A program made the position numbers and the translations under genes. Under the pieces are notes generated by a model. That model worked only from the letters and a program-made list of their open reading frames with translations, ran no database searches and was not told the origin of the DNA. Of a stretch of 64,000 nt of DNA, positions 47,293 to 60,069 are shown one piece after another; the stretch's first letter is position 1; every line of letters begins with the position of its first letter. The stretch spans positions 1,271-65,270 of the forward strand of contig JALOTJ010000001.1 in NCBI GenBank assembly GCA_025457965.1. The letters are read 5' to 3'. The stretch comes from Spirochaetota bacterium. Its GTDB lineage: Bacteria > Spirochaetota > UBA4802 > UBA5368.

Positions 47293-49422
47293 ATGAATTT
47301 CGCCGGTTTGTACGATATGCCCGCCACCGACATCGCCCGCCAGATGTATTTTAATGTTGGCGGCCCGCATGGCTTCATGCGCTGGGGCATATACATCTTC
47401 ATGTTCGCCGCGTTCATCTATCTCGGCATCACCCTTTACCGTAGAATCATGATCTGGAGACAGGGAGCCGGAGAGCTTCGCACGGATTTCCATGAAAAAA
47501 GGATCTACGCGTTTTTCAAGTACATCATTTTCCAGGCCAAGGTGCTGCGCGAATCCTACGCCGGCATCTTCCACGTAAGCCTCTTCTGGGGTTTTATCGG
47601 CCTCTTTATCGTGACGCTGATCATCGTGGTGCAGGAGGACTTCACCGAGCTCTTCTTCCACACCAAGTTCATCTACGGTAACTTCTACCTTATATGGTCT
47701 CTCGCAGGGGACCTTTTCGGGATGGTCGTTCTCCTTGGTCTCGGCATGGCGATCTACAGAAGATACAAGGTGAAACCCTCCCGGCTCGACAACAAGATGA
47801 TCGACACCTTCGCGCTCGCGCTGATCACGTTCATCATCCTTACCGGTTTTTTTAATGAAGCAATGCGCATAGCCATCACGGACTTCCCGGTCTTTGAGGT
47901 ATGGTCGCCCTTCGGCTACATCATGGCATACGCGTTTTCATGGATAGGCAAGCCGGCCCTCGAGACGATGCACTACGTCAACTGGTGGTTGCACATGGTT
48001 TCGGCCTTCTCCTTTATCGGCCTGGTCGGCTCCGACAAGCTGGGGCACGTTACCACCACCATGCTCAACGTCTATTTTCAAAACCTCGACAACGAAAACA
48101 CGAAGACCAAGTACTCGATGAAGCCCATCTCGCCCGAAACCTTCGAGACCGCCGAGTCGTTCGGCGTTGGTTCTGTCGAACAGTTCACCTGGAAACAGCT
48201 CATGGACGGCGACGCCTGCACCCGCTGCGGCCGCTGTCAGGACAACTGTCCGGCGTACCTCACCGAGAAGCCGCTTTCTCCGAAGAAAATTGTCAACGAC
48301 GTCAAGGCGGCCATGGACGAACGTGTACCGAAGCTCATGGAAGCGAAGAAGGCCGGCCAGGACGGCGCGGCCGTCGAGTCGAAGATGCTCATCGGTGAGC
48401 ACGTGCTCGACGATGAAATCTGGTCGTGCACCAACTGCGCCGCATGCGTGGAGAACTGCCCGGTGCAGATCGAACACATCAACAAGATCAACGACATGCG
48501 CCGCTACAAGATTCTCATGGAAGGCTCCATGGCGCCCGAGCTCCAGACGACGCTCTCCAACATGGAGAACAACTCGAACCCGTTCGGCTTCGGCTTCGCG
48601 GGACGGGGCGACTGGCTGCCCGCCGAGCTGGGAGTCAAGACGCTTTCCGAGGATCCCGAGGTCGATTACCTGTACTATGTAGGCTGCTACGCGTCCTTCG
48701 ACAAGCGCAACCAGAAGATCGGCATCGCGCTCATCAAGATACTCCAGAAGGCCGGTTACAAGGTCGGCATCCTCGGCGCCGAGGAGGCCTGCTGCGGCGA
48801 CGCCGCCATGCGCGCCGGAAACGAGTATCTCTTCCACGCGCTGGCAACCCAGAACCTCGAGATATTCAAGACCTACGGGGTGAAGAAAATCGTCACCACC
48901 TGCCCCCACGGCTATAACGTGATCAAGAAGGAATACGCGAAGTTCGCCAGGCTCGCCAAGGGCTCGGACGGCGCGCCCCTCGAGGCGAATTACGAGGTGT
49001 ACCATCACACCGAGATCATCGCCGACCTCATCAAGAAAGGCACGATCAGGCTGGTCGCGCCGCTCAACGAGACCGTCACCTATCACGACTCGTGCTTCCT
49101 CGGCCGCTACAACGATATCTACGCGGCGCCGCGCGACATCATCAAGGCGATACCCGGAACCAAGATCGTCGAGATGAGCCGCAACCACCATCGCAGTTTC
49201 TGCTGCGGAGCGGGCGGTGCGCGCATGTTCATCGAGGAACACCTCGGTACCAGGATAAACCAGTTCCGGACCAAGGACGCCCAGGCGACCGGGGCCACGA
49301 AAATAGCGACGGCATGCCCGTTCTGCCTGACCATGCTCTCGGACGGCGCGAACGAGCTCGACATTCAGAATCTACAGACCTTCGACCTCGCGGAATATGT
49401 CCTTAACGCGATGGAAAAATGA
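47293..49422 (+). CDS. Membrane Fe-S oxidoreductase, FadF / ETF:quinone oxidoreductase (EMO) type (cytochrome-b-like TMs + 2 [4Fe-4S] + 2 CCG domains)
   Basis: TM His residues (IFHV, WLHM, GHV), CTRCGRCQDNCP, CTNCAACVENCP, ACCG, YHDSC, FCCGAGG and ACPFC. Confidence 0.9.
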   Translation: MNFAGLYDMPATDIARQMYFNVGGPHGFMRWGIYIFMFAAFIYLGITLYRRIMIWRQGAGELRTDFHEKRIYAFFKYIIFQAKVLRESYAGIFHVSLFWGFIGLFIVTLIIVVQEDFTELFFHTKFIYGNFYLIWSLAGDLFGMVVLLGLGMAIYRRYKVKPSRLDNKMIDTFALALITFIILTGFFNEAMRIAITDFPVFEVWSPFGYIMAYAFSWIGKPALETMHYVNWWLHMVSAFSFIGLVGSDKLGHVTTTMLNVYFQNLDNENTKTKYSMKPISPETFETAESFGVGSVEQFTWKQLMDGDACTRCGRCQDNCPAYLTEKPLSPKKIVNDVKAAMDERVPKLMEAKKAGQDGAAVESKMLIGEHVLDDEIWSCTNCAACVENCPVQIEHINKINDMRRYKILMEGSMAPELQTTLSNMENNSNPFGFGFAGRGDWLPAELGVKTLSEDPEVDYLYYVGCYASFDKRNQKIGIALIKILQKAGYKVGILGAEEACCGDAAMRAGNEYLFHALATQNLEIFKTYGVKKIVTTCPHGYNVIKKEYAKFARLAKGSDGAPLEANYEVYHHTEIIADLIKKGTIRLVAPLNETVTYHDSCFLGRYNDIYAAPRDIIKAIPGTKIVEMSRNHHRSFCCGAGGARMFIEEHLGTRINQFRTKDAQATGATKIATACPFCLTMLSDGANELDIQNLQTFDLAEYVLNAMEK

Positions 49423-49436
49423 TTCAGCGTATTCAC

Positions 49437-49461
49437 GCCCGTCCGGCATGGCCGGACGGGC
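49437..49461 (+). terminator. Stem-loop after the oxidoreductase gene
   Basis: GCCCGTCCGGC-ATG-GCCGGACGGGC; weak U-tract. Confidence 0.55.
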
Positions 49462-49503
49462 AGTCTTTACAAATAAAAACTAATGGTAAAGGAGTGACTC
49501 ACT

Positions 49504-51855
<2,352 letters not shown>

Positions 51856-51879
51856 GATTGTTCATCGTTGAATCGTCTT

Positions 51880-51916
51880 GGAAGGCGGGGCCCTCATGCT
51901 CCGCCTTCCCTGTTTT
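51880..51916 (+). terminator. Intrinsic terminator
   Basis: GGAAGGCGG...CCGCCTTCC followed by CTGTTTT. Confidence 0.75.
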
Positions 51917-51963
51917 AAACGGTGTGCTTTAATGTTCTCTTTTGCCACAGGCGGAGGTTTGCG

Positions 51964-52224
51964 ATGTTCGAAGCATTAATGCTTGTCTGTTTCGGGGCGT
52001 CCTGGCCGGCGTCCATTTATAAATCCGTCAAATTGAAGGACGTGCGGGGAAAGTCGAAGCTGTTCCTCTGGCTCGTGTTGACCGGTTATTGTTTCGGGAT
52101 CGCCAATAAAATCATCAATGGAATCGACTGGGTGATCATCTTTTATGTCGCGGTCGGACTGCTGGTGCTGGCCGACCTTGTTCTTTATTATTACTACTCA
52201 TCACGTCCCGGCAGCCAGCGCTGA
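51964..52224 (+). CDS. Small 3-TM membrane protein (PQ-loop/SemiSWEET-like)
   Basis: FEALMLVCFGASWPASIYKS...GKS..FL; GGAGG RBS. Confidence 0.6.
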   Translation: MFEALMLVCFGASWPASIYKSVKLKDVRGKSKLFLWLVLTGYCFGIANKIINGIDWVIIFYVAVGLLVLADLVLYYYYSSRPGSQR

Positions 52225-52231
52225 GGCGCTG

Positions 52232-52975
52232 TTATCCCCTCAGCGCTCTCTTGCGGTAACGATCGAGTTCAGCCTTGAACAGTTTGGTTATTCCCGCGAG
52301 GTCCTGAAACTTCTTAACAGTGAAAAACGCCTTTATGATTTCCTTTATTTTAGTGTCGTCGTTCAGCTCCGCGACTTGCCTTTGTTTTGCGTTGAATACA
52401 TCGTCGCAATGCGCGAATATCCCCCGGATGACGGTCTCCGCGGGTGCCCCGGGCGGATTGAGCGGAAGCCCCGTTTTTCGGTGAATGTTCTTTAAAATAA
52501 GGGCGACGAGCGTGATAACCTTCCTCGATCGGTCTGCCGCCCTGTCGGTCATTATCTTTTGAAAGGCGTCGATAATGAGCAGATTCCGGTTTTTTACTTT
52601 TTGAAGAAGCTCCTCCCGGACGTCGGGGGGAAGCTTGTTAAATGCCGGCGGATGATGCGAATAAAAGGACTTCAGGTAATCGGCGGTAATCATGATCCTG
52701 CCGCCGAGCGAATCGTTGATCGAATCCCCTTCGATAAATGCCCGAAGCCGGTCCATGTCGATTTCAATAAGGGATCGGTACTCGCCAAGGAAATCCGGAA
52801 GCGCCATGTTTTCAATGAGGTACGCTATTTTCTTGCTGTCGTATACATCACTCCTGAAAAAGTAGTCGACCAGAAGCTGCCTGAACATCTCCTTCGCGTT
52901 TCCCGCAAGGTCGGGATTTTCCTCCATCTGGATGCAGATGTCGATGAGATTGTGGAACGTCTCTTTTCTGGCCAT
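52232..52975 (-). CDS. Hypothetical protein
   Basis: 247-aa ORF with natural composition and a purine-rich RBS. Confidence 0.75.
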   Translation of the reverse strand: MARKETFHNLIDICIQMEENPDLAGNAKEMFRQLLVDYFFRSDVYDSKKIAYLIENMALPDFLGEYRSLIEIDMDRLRAFIEGDSINDSLGGRIMITADYLKSFYSHHPPAFNKLPPDVREELLQKVKNRNLLIIDAFQKIMTDRAADRSRKVITLVALILKNIHRKTGLPLNPPGAPAETVIRGIFAHCDDVFNAKQRQVAELNDDTKIKEIIKAFFTVKKFQDLAGITKLFKAELDRYRKRALRG

Positions 52976-53174
52976 CTACCTTCCTTCCCCTTACACCTAT
53001 ACACGCGGTTCACGAAATGATCAAGAAATTTGTTTCATGTCGTTGAAAACTCGATTGACAATCAACAGCCGTCATGGTGCTGAATAGATTGTCGAATGAA
53101 TATTTGCTTTTTTTAAAGCATTTTTCATTCAACGCGAACCGTTATTCTCGCCCTCGGCGCCGGACGGTGCAGGC

Positions 53175-53996
53175 ATGATAAACAGAATTTTACAGACGAA
53201 AGAAAACATCGAACTGGACATACTGTCAGATTTCAACGACGACACCGTCCTGACTTTCGTCATTGAATCGCTCCGGCACGAGACGGATTCCCCGTATTCG
53301 GTCCTGCTCGAGACGATCTTCCATTATGCCACATCGGAAGACCGCGCCAAAGCCCTCTGGGACAGCATTACCGAGAATCGCACAGAGCTTTCCCGCAGTC
53401 TTGGCAGGCCGGTGAGCCTGAAAACCGCCGTCGTCGACCACTTCAGCACAACGGGCATGGACGTTGCCGTTTTTATCAAAGACAGCATGGCCGGTATCAT
53501 CGAGGCCGCGACGCACGATGGTCTTACCGGCGTCTTTACCCACGAATATATCGACAACGATCTCGACCGTGAATTCCAGAGGGCCAGGCGCTACTCGCTT
53601 CCCCTTTCGGTCCTTTTCATCGATATTGACAACTTTAAACGTTTCAATGATCTCTACGGCCACAAGGTCGGGGACCGGGTACTCGCCATGGTCGGTTCCA
53701 CCCTGAGGCAGTACGTACGCAAAATCGACTCGGTCGGCCGCTATGGCGGCGAGGAGTTCCTGGTGGTCCTGCCTCATACCGCCAGGCAGAACGCCATGAA
53801 GATCGCCCGGAAAATATCCAGGGCAATAAAGGAAATCACCTCGAAGGGAGGCGAACTGCCCGAGGGAGTCACCGTGAGCGTCGGCGTCGCGGAGCTCGAC
53901 CAGTCGATGAAAGACAGTTTCGTGCTCCTGGACCTGGCCGATAAGGCGATGTACAAGGCCAAGCTGCAGGGTAAGGACCGCTGTTGCGCCGGCTGA
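53175..53996 (+). CDS. Diguanylate cyclase (GGDEF)
   Basis: DGLTG, DIDNFKRFNDLYGH..GD, RKID I-site and RYGGEEF. Confidence 0.95.
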   Translation: MINRILQTKENIELDILSDFNDDTVLTFVIESLRHETDSPYSVLLETIFHYATSEDRAKALWDSITENRTELSRSLGRPVSLKTAVVDHFSTTGMDVAVFIKDSMAGIIEAATHDGLTGVFTHEYIDNDLDREFQRARRYSLPLSVLFIDIDNFKRFNDLYGHKVGDRVLAMVGSTLRQYVRKIDSVGRYGGEEFLVVLPHTARQNAMKIARKISRAIKEITSKGGELPEGVTVSVGVAELDQSMKDSFVLLDLADKAMYKAKLQGKDRCCAG

Positions 53997-53998
53997 GG

Positions 53999-55006
53999 TC
54001 AGACCCGGGCGCTTACATCGATATCAAGCGGACTGTAGAGTCCCTTGCGGTAATAGCGGTACCCGATCCCCGCGACCATAGCCGCGTTGTCCGTGCAGAG
54101 CACCGGTGACGCGATGATGACTTCCTCGCCCTCCTCCCGTGCCCCGGCAAGCAGCTCCCGCAATCTCGCGTTGGCCGCCACCCCTCCCGCCACAACGATC
54201 CTGTTAATGCCGAATTCCCTGGAGGCCGCGAAAACACGCCGGACCAGTATCTCCAGTGCCCGTTCCTGGAACGAGTAGACCAGCTCACACCTGTCGGCCC
54301 GGGGATTCGCGCGCCAGTACTGTATGACGGCGGTCTTGAGCCCGCTGTAGGAAAAACGATAATCGCCGCCACCCGGTTCGGGCAGTATTTTCGGAAACAG
54401 CTTTTTCTTTAATACGGCCGTTCGGGCCATGCGTTCCACGACCGGACCGCCGGGATACCCAAGATCGAGCAATTTGGCGATCTTGTCGAAGGCCTCGCCG
54501 ACGGCGTCATCGACCGTCTTGCCGATAAGGGTAAAATCGGCGACCCCGCGTACCTGATACAATGCCGTGTTGCCGCCGGAAACCAGCAGACCGATATACG
54601 GGTAGACCGGCTCTCTTCCTTCGAGGAACGGCGCGTAAAGGTGCGCCTCGAGGTGGTTTACCGCGATCAGCGGGATGTTCATGGCATAGGAGATCGCCTT
54701 GGCCGACTGCAGGGCAATGAGCAGGGAACCGGTCAGGCCAGGTCGCTGGGTTGCCGCGACATAGCCGAGGTCCGCGAAGCTTACGCCCGCCTCGCGAAGA
54801 GCCCCGTCCACAAGGCCGTTGACTGTTTCCAGGTGCGCGCGCGAGGCTATTTCGGGCACCACACCGAAGTAAGCCTGATGAAGGTCTATCTGGCTGTAGA
54901 TAAGGTTTGAGAGAATATCCCGTCCATTCCGCACGACCGAAACCGACGTTTCATCGCACGAGCTCTCAAGTCCCAGGCCCAGCGTGTCACGATTCTTTGC
55001 CGACAA
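53999..55006 (-). CDS. tsaD: tRNA t6A synthesis protein TsaD
   Basis: ESSCDET, VVPEIASRAH, HLEAH, VSGGNT, GEAFDK and CTDNAAM. Confidence 0.97.
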   Translation of the reverse strand: MSAKNRDTLGLGLESSCDETSVSVVRNGRDILSNLIYSQIDLHQAYFGVVPEIASRAHLETVNGLVDGALREAGVSFADLGYVAATQRPGLTGSLLIALQSAKAISYAMNIPLIAVNHLEAHLYAPFLEGREPVYPYIGLLVSGGNTALYQVRGVADFTLIGKTVDDAVGEAFDKIAKLLDLGYPGGPVVERMARTAVLKKKLFPKILPEPGGGDYRFSYSGLKTAVIQYWRANPRADRCELVYSFQERALEILVRRVFAASREFGINRIVVAGGVAANARLRELLAGAREEGEEVIIASPVLCTDNAAMVAGIGYRYYRKGLYSPLDIDVSARV

Positions 55007-56357
55007 CTTCTATCGCCTTTTTAAGCTGCGAGTCGAACTCGAGGTCAAACAGCGGCTGCTTCGAAAACCGGTAAATCTCGCTTTTTAGTATGTAATTGGC
55101 GCTTCTCTCGCTGATCGGGAGGTTGTGGCCCTTCAGAAATACCATGAATTCCTTTCTGTTTTCCGGTGTATAGCCCTTGTGCGTGTTTAAAAACGCGTCG
55201 ACCAGTTTTTCCCTGTAGATCGCGTTGACGTTTTTACGATCGTCCTCGGGAAAGCTTTCGGACGACACGACGAAATCCGGCTCGATGCCCTTGCCGTGTA
55301 TGGAAACCCCGGATGGCGTGTAATACTTGGCGATGGTCAGGGCAAGTCCTATCTTTTCGTTGAGGTTGTACGATTTCTGTACCGAGCCCTTCCCGAACGT
55401 CTTTTCGCCGACGAGTTTACCGCGCCTGTTGTCCTTTATCGCCCCGGCAAAAATCTCCGAGGCCGACGCGCTTCCCTTGTTAACGAGCACCACGAGCCCT
55501 CCCTTGTACAGCGTGGGCTTATCCGCAAGATACTCCTTGAAATTGCCAGTACCCTCGCGCCCGCGAGTCGAGACGATCATCTTCCCCTTGTCCAGGAAAA
55601 GCTCCGTCATTGAGATGGCCTGGTCGAGCAGGCCTCCCGGGTTCCATCGCAGGTCAACGATGACACGCCGTATACCCCTGGAATTTAAATCGCCAAGGGC
55701 CTTCTCGATTTCCCTCGAGGTGTCCGAACTGAAGGTCTTGACCTTGATGTAACCGGTATCGTGGTCTTTAAGAACATCGTAACTCACCGCATCTATTTTT
55801 ATGGGCATCCGCTCGAGGTCGAAGGTGATCGGATCATCGAACCCTTCGCGCACAACGGTCAGCTTCACCTTCGTATGCGGAAGTCCTCGGATCAGTTTTA
55901 TGATTTCCGGGAGGCTTTTGTCTTTGAGATCACTCGTGTCGATCTTCGTTATTTTGTCGCCGGCCTTTATGCCCGCCTTCATGGCGGGAGTATCGTTGAT
56001 GGGAGAGATTACGACGATCGCGCCGTCCTTCACGGTGATTTCGATTCCAACTCCCACGAACTTGCCGGTAGTCTCTTCTTTCAGTTCGGCGAAATCCTCC
56101 TCGTTGAGGAAGCGCGTAAACGGGTCGTTGAGGGCCTGAAGCATGCCCCTGATCGCGCCGTAAAACAGGTTCTTGGTCTCGACGGTGTCGACATATTCCG
56201 TGCGCACGATCTGGTAGACCTGGTGGAAATAATCAAGATAGCTGTGGGCCGGCTCGAGTGCCTCAGCCTTAAACGAGAGGTTTACCCCGAGAAAAAGGCC
56301 CGTGAGGAAAGCGAGTATCGTGAAGTGCAGACTGCGCTCGCGGATTTTTTTAAACAT
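54987..56357 (-). CDS. S41A carboxyl-terminal processing protease (PDZ)
   Basis: DLRWNPGG, SASASEI, TFGKGSVQ and YYTPSG. Confidence 0.95.
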   Translation of the reverse strand: MFKKIRERSLHFTILAFLTGLFLGVNLSFKAEALEPAHSYLDYFHQVYQIVRTEYVDTVETKNLFYGAIRGMLQALNDPFTRFLNEEDFAELKEETTGKFVGVGIEITVKDGAIVVISPINDTPAMKAGIKAGDKITKIDTSDLKDKSLPEIIKLIRGLPHTKVKLTVVREGFDDPITFDLERMPIKIDAVSYDVLKDHDTGYIKVKTFSSDTSREIEKALGDLNSRGIRRVIVDLRWNPGGLLDQAISMTELFLDKGKMIVSTRGREGTGNFKEYLADKPTLYKGGLVVLVNKGSASASEIFAGAIKDNRRGKLVGEKTFGKGSVQKSYNLNEKIGLALTIAKYYTPSGVSIHGKGIEPDFVVSSESFPEDDRKNVNAIYREKLVDAFLNTHKGYTPENRKEFMVFLKGHNLPISERSANYILKSEIYRFSKQPLFDLEFDSQLKKAIEVVGKES

Positions 56358-56377
56358 ACCGTCCCCCGATATAGATC

Positions 56378-56650
56378 CTAACGCCTCTGAAATATTTTTT
56401 CGTGTTTTTCTTTCTGCTCGACGGCCATATAGCTTTTCAGGTTCTCGTAATCGATTCCGTGCCTCGCGGCGGTCTCCCTGAAGAGGGTTTCCCTCTGTGA
56501 AATCGACTGCTTCTCGTCGAAGCCTTCTTCAAATTCACGCTGGAGGTAATCAGTCCAGACGGCCGCAAAATCCTTTTCGGTCACCGGCTCAACGGCACAG
56601 GCCTGGAAAATAAAGAATGCACACAGATATAAAACTGAAAATCGTTTCAC
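56378..56650 (-). CDS. Hypothetical lipoprotein
   Basis: GTG start with GGGAG RBS; MKRFSVLYLCAFFIFQA-C lipobox-like. Confidence 0.65.
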   Translation of the reverse strand: MKRFSVLYLCAFFIFQACAVEPVTEKDFAAVWTDYLQREFEEGFDEKQSISQRETLFRETAARHGIDYENLKSYMAVEQKEKHEKIFQRR

Positions 56651-56727
56651 GCTGATCTCCCGAATGTCGCGATCGGATTTATGGTACAAATCGGCAGGAA
56701 GGATTGTCGCCCGGCAGTCGTACCCTG

Positions 56728-57354
56728 TCAATGAATTAAATCGACCGCCTCCCCGGCGCACCGGTTGAGTATCTTTGCCGCAAAATCAGTGAGTATGCGG
56801 GCCGTCATCCCCCATATCTCGAAGTTTTTATAATAATAATGATAGACGTTGTACATGTGGCCCTCGAATTCGACCTGCTGCACTTTCGCGAATTCCCGGT
56901 TCGCGAAAATTGAAAGCGGCACCTCCACGTAGTCCTCGATTTCGTCACGGTTGATGGCATACTCATAGGGATGTGTGATGACGCCGATGTAGCTTAGCAC
57001 GTGGAAACCGGCGATCGAAATGAAGTCGTCGAAGCGCCCAAGCACATCCACGTCGGCAGAACGCACGCCCACCTCCTCCTCGGTCTCGCGAAGCGCCGTG
57101 CGGAGAAAATCGCCGTCGCTTTCATCATACCCCCCGCCGGGCAGCGCCATCTGCCCCTTGTGCGTGCCGACCTTTTCCGTCCTTTTGGTCAGCAGAACAT
57201 TCGCCTCTCCTTCCTTGTTCATGATGAGGATCATCACCGCCGCGGGGCGGAGGGCCCTTTTTTGAATCGCGCGCGGCGAGTGAGCGGAGAGCCGTTGCCG
57301 CAGATCTTCCTTGAAAGCGTTGAAATCATCTTCGCTTTGAAAGTTCATTTTCAT
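56728..57354 (-). CDS. Nudix CoA pyrophosphatase
   Basis: LLTKR...HKGQMALPGG, ALRETEEEVG and IWGMTARIL. Confidence 0.92.
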   Translation of the reverse strand: MKMNFQSEDDFNAFKEDLRQRLSAHSPRAIQKRALRPAAVMILIMNKEGEANVLLTKRTEKVGTHKGQMALPGGGYDESDGDFLRTALRETEEEVGVRSADVDVLGRFDDFISIAGFHVLSYIGVITHPYEYAINRDEIEDYVEVPLSIFANREFAKVQQVEFEGHMYNVYHYYYKNFEIWGMTARILTDFAAKILNRCAGEAVDLIH

Positions 57355-57874
57355 ACAGGTCTCCACCATAAATATCATTGATAAGGATAGCAGGGAATTC
57401 AACGACCTCAATCCGGTAGACCGCCTCCGGCCCCAGTTCCGCGAAGGCCAGCACCTCTGACGACACGATCCTCCTCGCGAGATACGCGCCCGCGCCGCCG
57501 AACGAACTGAAATATACCGCTCCGCCTTCCATCATGACAGCGCGCGCCTCGGCGGATCTTTTACCCTTGCCGATAAAGCCTTTGATCCCGGCAGCGCACA
57601 TCGTCCCGGTAAACGGATCCATCCGGTATGACGTAGTGGGGCCGGCCGAGCCGATCGCCCGGCCGGGCGGCGCCGGGCTTGGCCCCATGAAGTAAATAAC
57701 CTGGCCCCGGGGATCGAACGGCAGGCCTTCCCCGTTATCAATCATGCCGCGCAGGCGCTCGTGCGCCCTGTCGCGCGCCACGTAAAGCGCGCCCGAGAAA
57801 AGCACCGCGTCGCCCGCGCGAAGCGGTCTGACCGCCTCCTCGTCGAGCGGGGTGGCGAGATGTATCCACTTCAC
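57326..57874 (-). CDS. Class I fumarate/tartrate hydratase beta subunit
   Basis: ARDRAH, GPTTSYRM, IGKG and GPEA. Confidence 0.93.
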   Translation of the reverse strand: MKWIHLATPLDEEAVRPLRAGDAVLFSGALYVARDRAHERLRGMIDNGEGLPFDPRGQVIYFMGPSPAPPGRAIGSAGPTTSYRMDPFTGTMCAAGIKGFIGKGKRSAEARAVMMEGGAVYFSSFGGAGAYLARRIVSSEVLAFAELGPEAVYRIEVVEFPAILINDIYGGDLYENELSKRR

Positions 57875-58722
57875 AGCACGGCCTCCGCGTAGCGCAGCGA
57901 ATGGCAGTTGAGGTTGAGCGCGACGGGAAGCGTGGCGATATGGGTCGGAGCCTCTTTAATGTACACCGCTGCCGCGGTGGAAGCCCCGCCGAAGCCAAGG
58001 GGGCCCACTCCCGTGGCGTTAAGGCGCTCGAGGATCCGTCGCTCGAGATCGGCATAGGAGGGGTTCGCGTGGCGGCTCCCGATGCCGCGCAGCACCGCCC
58101 GCTTTGCATTCACGAGCGCCACGTCCGCCGTGCCGCCGATACCGACGCCCAGGAAAAGCGGCGGACACGGATTCGGCCCGGCTTCGATAACGCATGCCTC
58201 GATATGGTCTATTATGTCTTCCGTGGTGGCGGTCGGCCTGAACATCTTCAGGAAGCTCATGTTTTCCGAGCCGCCACCTTTCAGGTATACCGTAATGCCG
58301 ATTCTATCGCCGGGGACTATCTCGGTATGGAGGAAACAGGGAGTATTGGTCCCCGTATTTTTACGCACCAGCGGATCGCCGACAACCGACTTGCGCAGGT
58401 ACAGCCGTTGGTAGGCATCGCGCACGCCCGCGTCAACCGCGTCGTGCAGATGATCCCCCTCGAGCGACACGTCCTGCCCGATGTCGCAAAAGACGATCGC
58501 CACGCCGCAGTCCTGGCACAGCGGAAGCCGGTCGGCCGCGGCAATGTCCGCGTTCTCGACAAGCACGCCCAGCGCGTGCCGTGCCGTCTCGGACTTCTCC
58601 CGCTCCCGCATGGCCGCGTACAACTCCACGACCCCGGACGGCATCCCGAAGCTGGCCCGGCCCACCAGTTCCGACACCGTCCGGCCGATGAGGTCTACCG
58701 AAACGGGACGTTTAGGCGCCAT
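57871..58722 (-). CDS. Class I fumarate/tartrate hydratase alpha subunit
   Basis: PLCQDCG, LRKS, KGGGSEN, NPCPP and CHSLR. Confidence 0.93.
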   Translation of the reverse strand: MAPKRPVSVDLIGRTVSELVGRASFGMPSGVVELYAAMREREKSETARHALGVLVENADIAAADRLPLCQDCGVAIVFCDIGQDVSLEGDHLHDAVDAGVRDAYQRLYLRKSVVGDPLVRKNTGTNTPCFLHTEIVPGDRIGITVYLKGGGSENMSFLKMFRPTATTEDIIDHIEACVIEAGPNPCPPLFLGVGIGGTADVALVNAKRAVLRGIGSRHANPSYADLERRILERLNATGVGPLGFGGASTAAAVYIKEAPTHIATLPVALNLNCHSLRYAEAVL

Positions 58723-58966
58723 TCCGTCTCCCCGCCGCGCCGTCGTCATTCATGACACGGTGATACTCATCCCAGGCGGCCTCTATCTCGCGGGCGGATT
58801 CCGGGTCGAGCTTTTCGATAACGAAGCCCGCGTGAATGATCACCTTGTCACCGACCACGACATCGGGCGTCATGGCGATATCAACGTATTTTTCAACGCC
58901 GTACGCCTCGGCGAGAGCGCGTGTACCCTCTATGCTTTTAACCGTCATTGGGATCGCAAGGCACAT
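58712..58966 (-). CDS. hypC: Hydrogenase maturation chaperone HypC
   Basis: MCLAIP start and VGDKVIIHAGF. Confidence 0.95.
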   Translation of the reverse strand: MCLAIPMTVKSIEGTRALAEAYGVEKYVDIAMTPDVVVGDKVIIHAGFVIEKLDPESAREIEAAWDEYHRVMNDDGAAGRRNGA

Positions 58967-59067
58967 GGAGCATCTCTCCTTTTCCGATGTCATTTCGCAA
59001 GTGAGGACTGTACGCTTCCACTACCGGAGTATAGCATATCGTCATATTCCGTGCGTTCCGCCGCGCT

Positions 59068-60069
59068 CTAGCATATTCGCGGCAGTTGTTCTTCTATTAA
59101 CAGGGGCAGAATGCGTCTTCCGCCGGTAGGTGTTTCAAGATAGGCCCTGCCGGGATAGGTGTCGCTTACGGTTCCGATGACCGCGGCATCCTTTCCTTCA
59201 GGATGCGATCGCATCAGATCGACGATTCCTCCGGCCTCCTCCCCGCGCACCACCATGAGCACCTTCCCCTCGTTCGCCGCGTAGAGCGGATCGATGCCGA
59301 GCATCCCGGAAACACCCTTCACCTCATCGCGCAGCGGCAGGCTCGTTTCGGCCAGACCGATGCCGAAATCCATTCCCTGAACGATCTCGTTCAGCACCGA
59401 GGCAACCCCGCCCCGCGTGGGATCGCGCATAAACTTGACACTCTCCGGGAACGCCGCAAGCACTTTGTCGACAAGCCGGTTCATCGGCGCGCAGTCCGAG
59501 ACGAGTCCCCGGCTGAAGCTCAGATCGTTGCGGAGCGCCATAATGGCGATACCGTGGTCGCCGATGAAGCCGCTGATAATGACCGCGTCTCCGGGCACGA
59601 TCGGCCGACGCTGCACCGCTCTCTCAAGTATACCAATACCCGCCGTATTAATAAATATTTTATCGGCCTTGCCCCTCTCCACGACCTTCGTATCGCCGGT
59701 TACGATCGAAACGCCGGCGCGGTCCGCCGCGCCCCTCATCGAAATCAGGATCCTCTCGAGCACTGCCGTTTCCAGCCCCTCCTCCAGAATCAGGGCGCAG
59801 CTCAGGTAGAGCGGCCGCGCACCCATCACCGCGAGGTCGTTCACCGTGCCGTTGACGGCGAGCGATCCGATCGTTCCGCCGGGAAACTCTATCGGCGTAA
59901 TGGTGAAGGTGTCGGTGGTGAAGGCGATCTTCCCGGCACCGACGGAGAGCACCGCCGAGTCGTCCAGCTGCACGCTCTCCGGCCCCAGTACGCGACGGAT
60001 CAATCCGCCGATCATCTCGTTCATGAGCTTTCCGCCGCTGCCGTGCCCCGAAAGTATCCGGTCCGCCAT
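59068..60069 (-). CDS. hypE: Hydrogenase maturation protein HypE
   Basis: HGSGG, GTVNDLA, RDPTRGG and C-terminal PRIC. Confidence 0.97.
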   Translation of the reverse strand: MADRILSGHGSGGKLMNEMIGGLIRRVLGPESVQLDDSAVLSVGAGKIAFTTDTFTITPIEFPGGTIGSLAVNGTVNDLAVMGARPLYLSCALILEEGLETAVLERILISMRGAADRAGVSIVTGDTKVVERGKADKIFINTAGIGILERAVQRRPIVPGDAVIISGFIGDHGIAIMALRNDLSFSRGLVSDCAPMNRLVDKVLAAFPESVKFMRDPTRGGVASVLNEIVQGMDFGIGLAETSLPLRDEVKGVSGMLGIDPLYAANEGKVLMVVRGEEAGGIVDLMRSHPEGKDAAVIGTVSDTYPGRAYLETPTGGRRILPLLIEEQLPRIC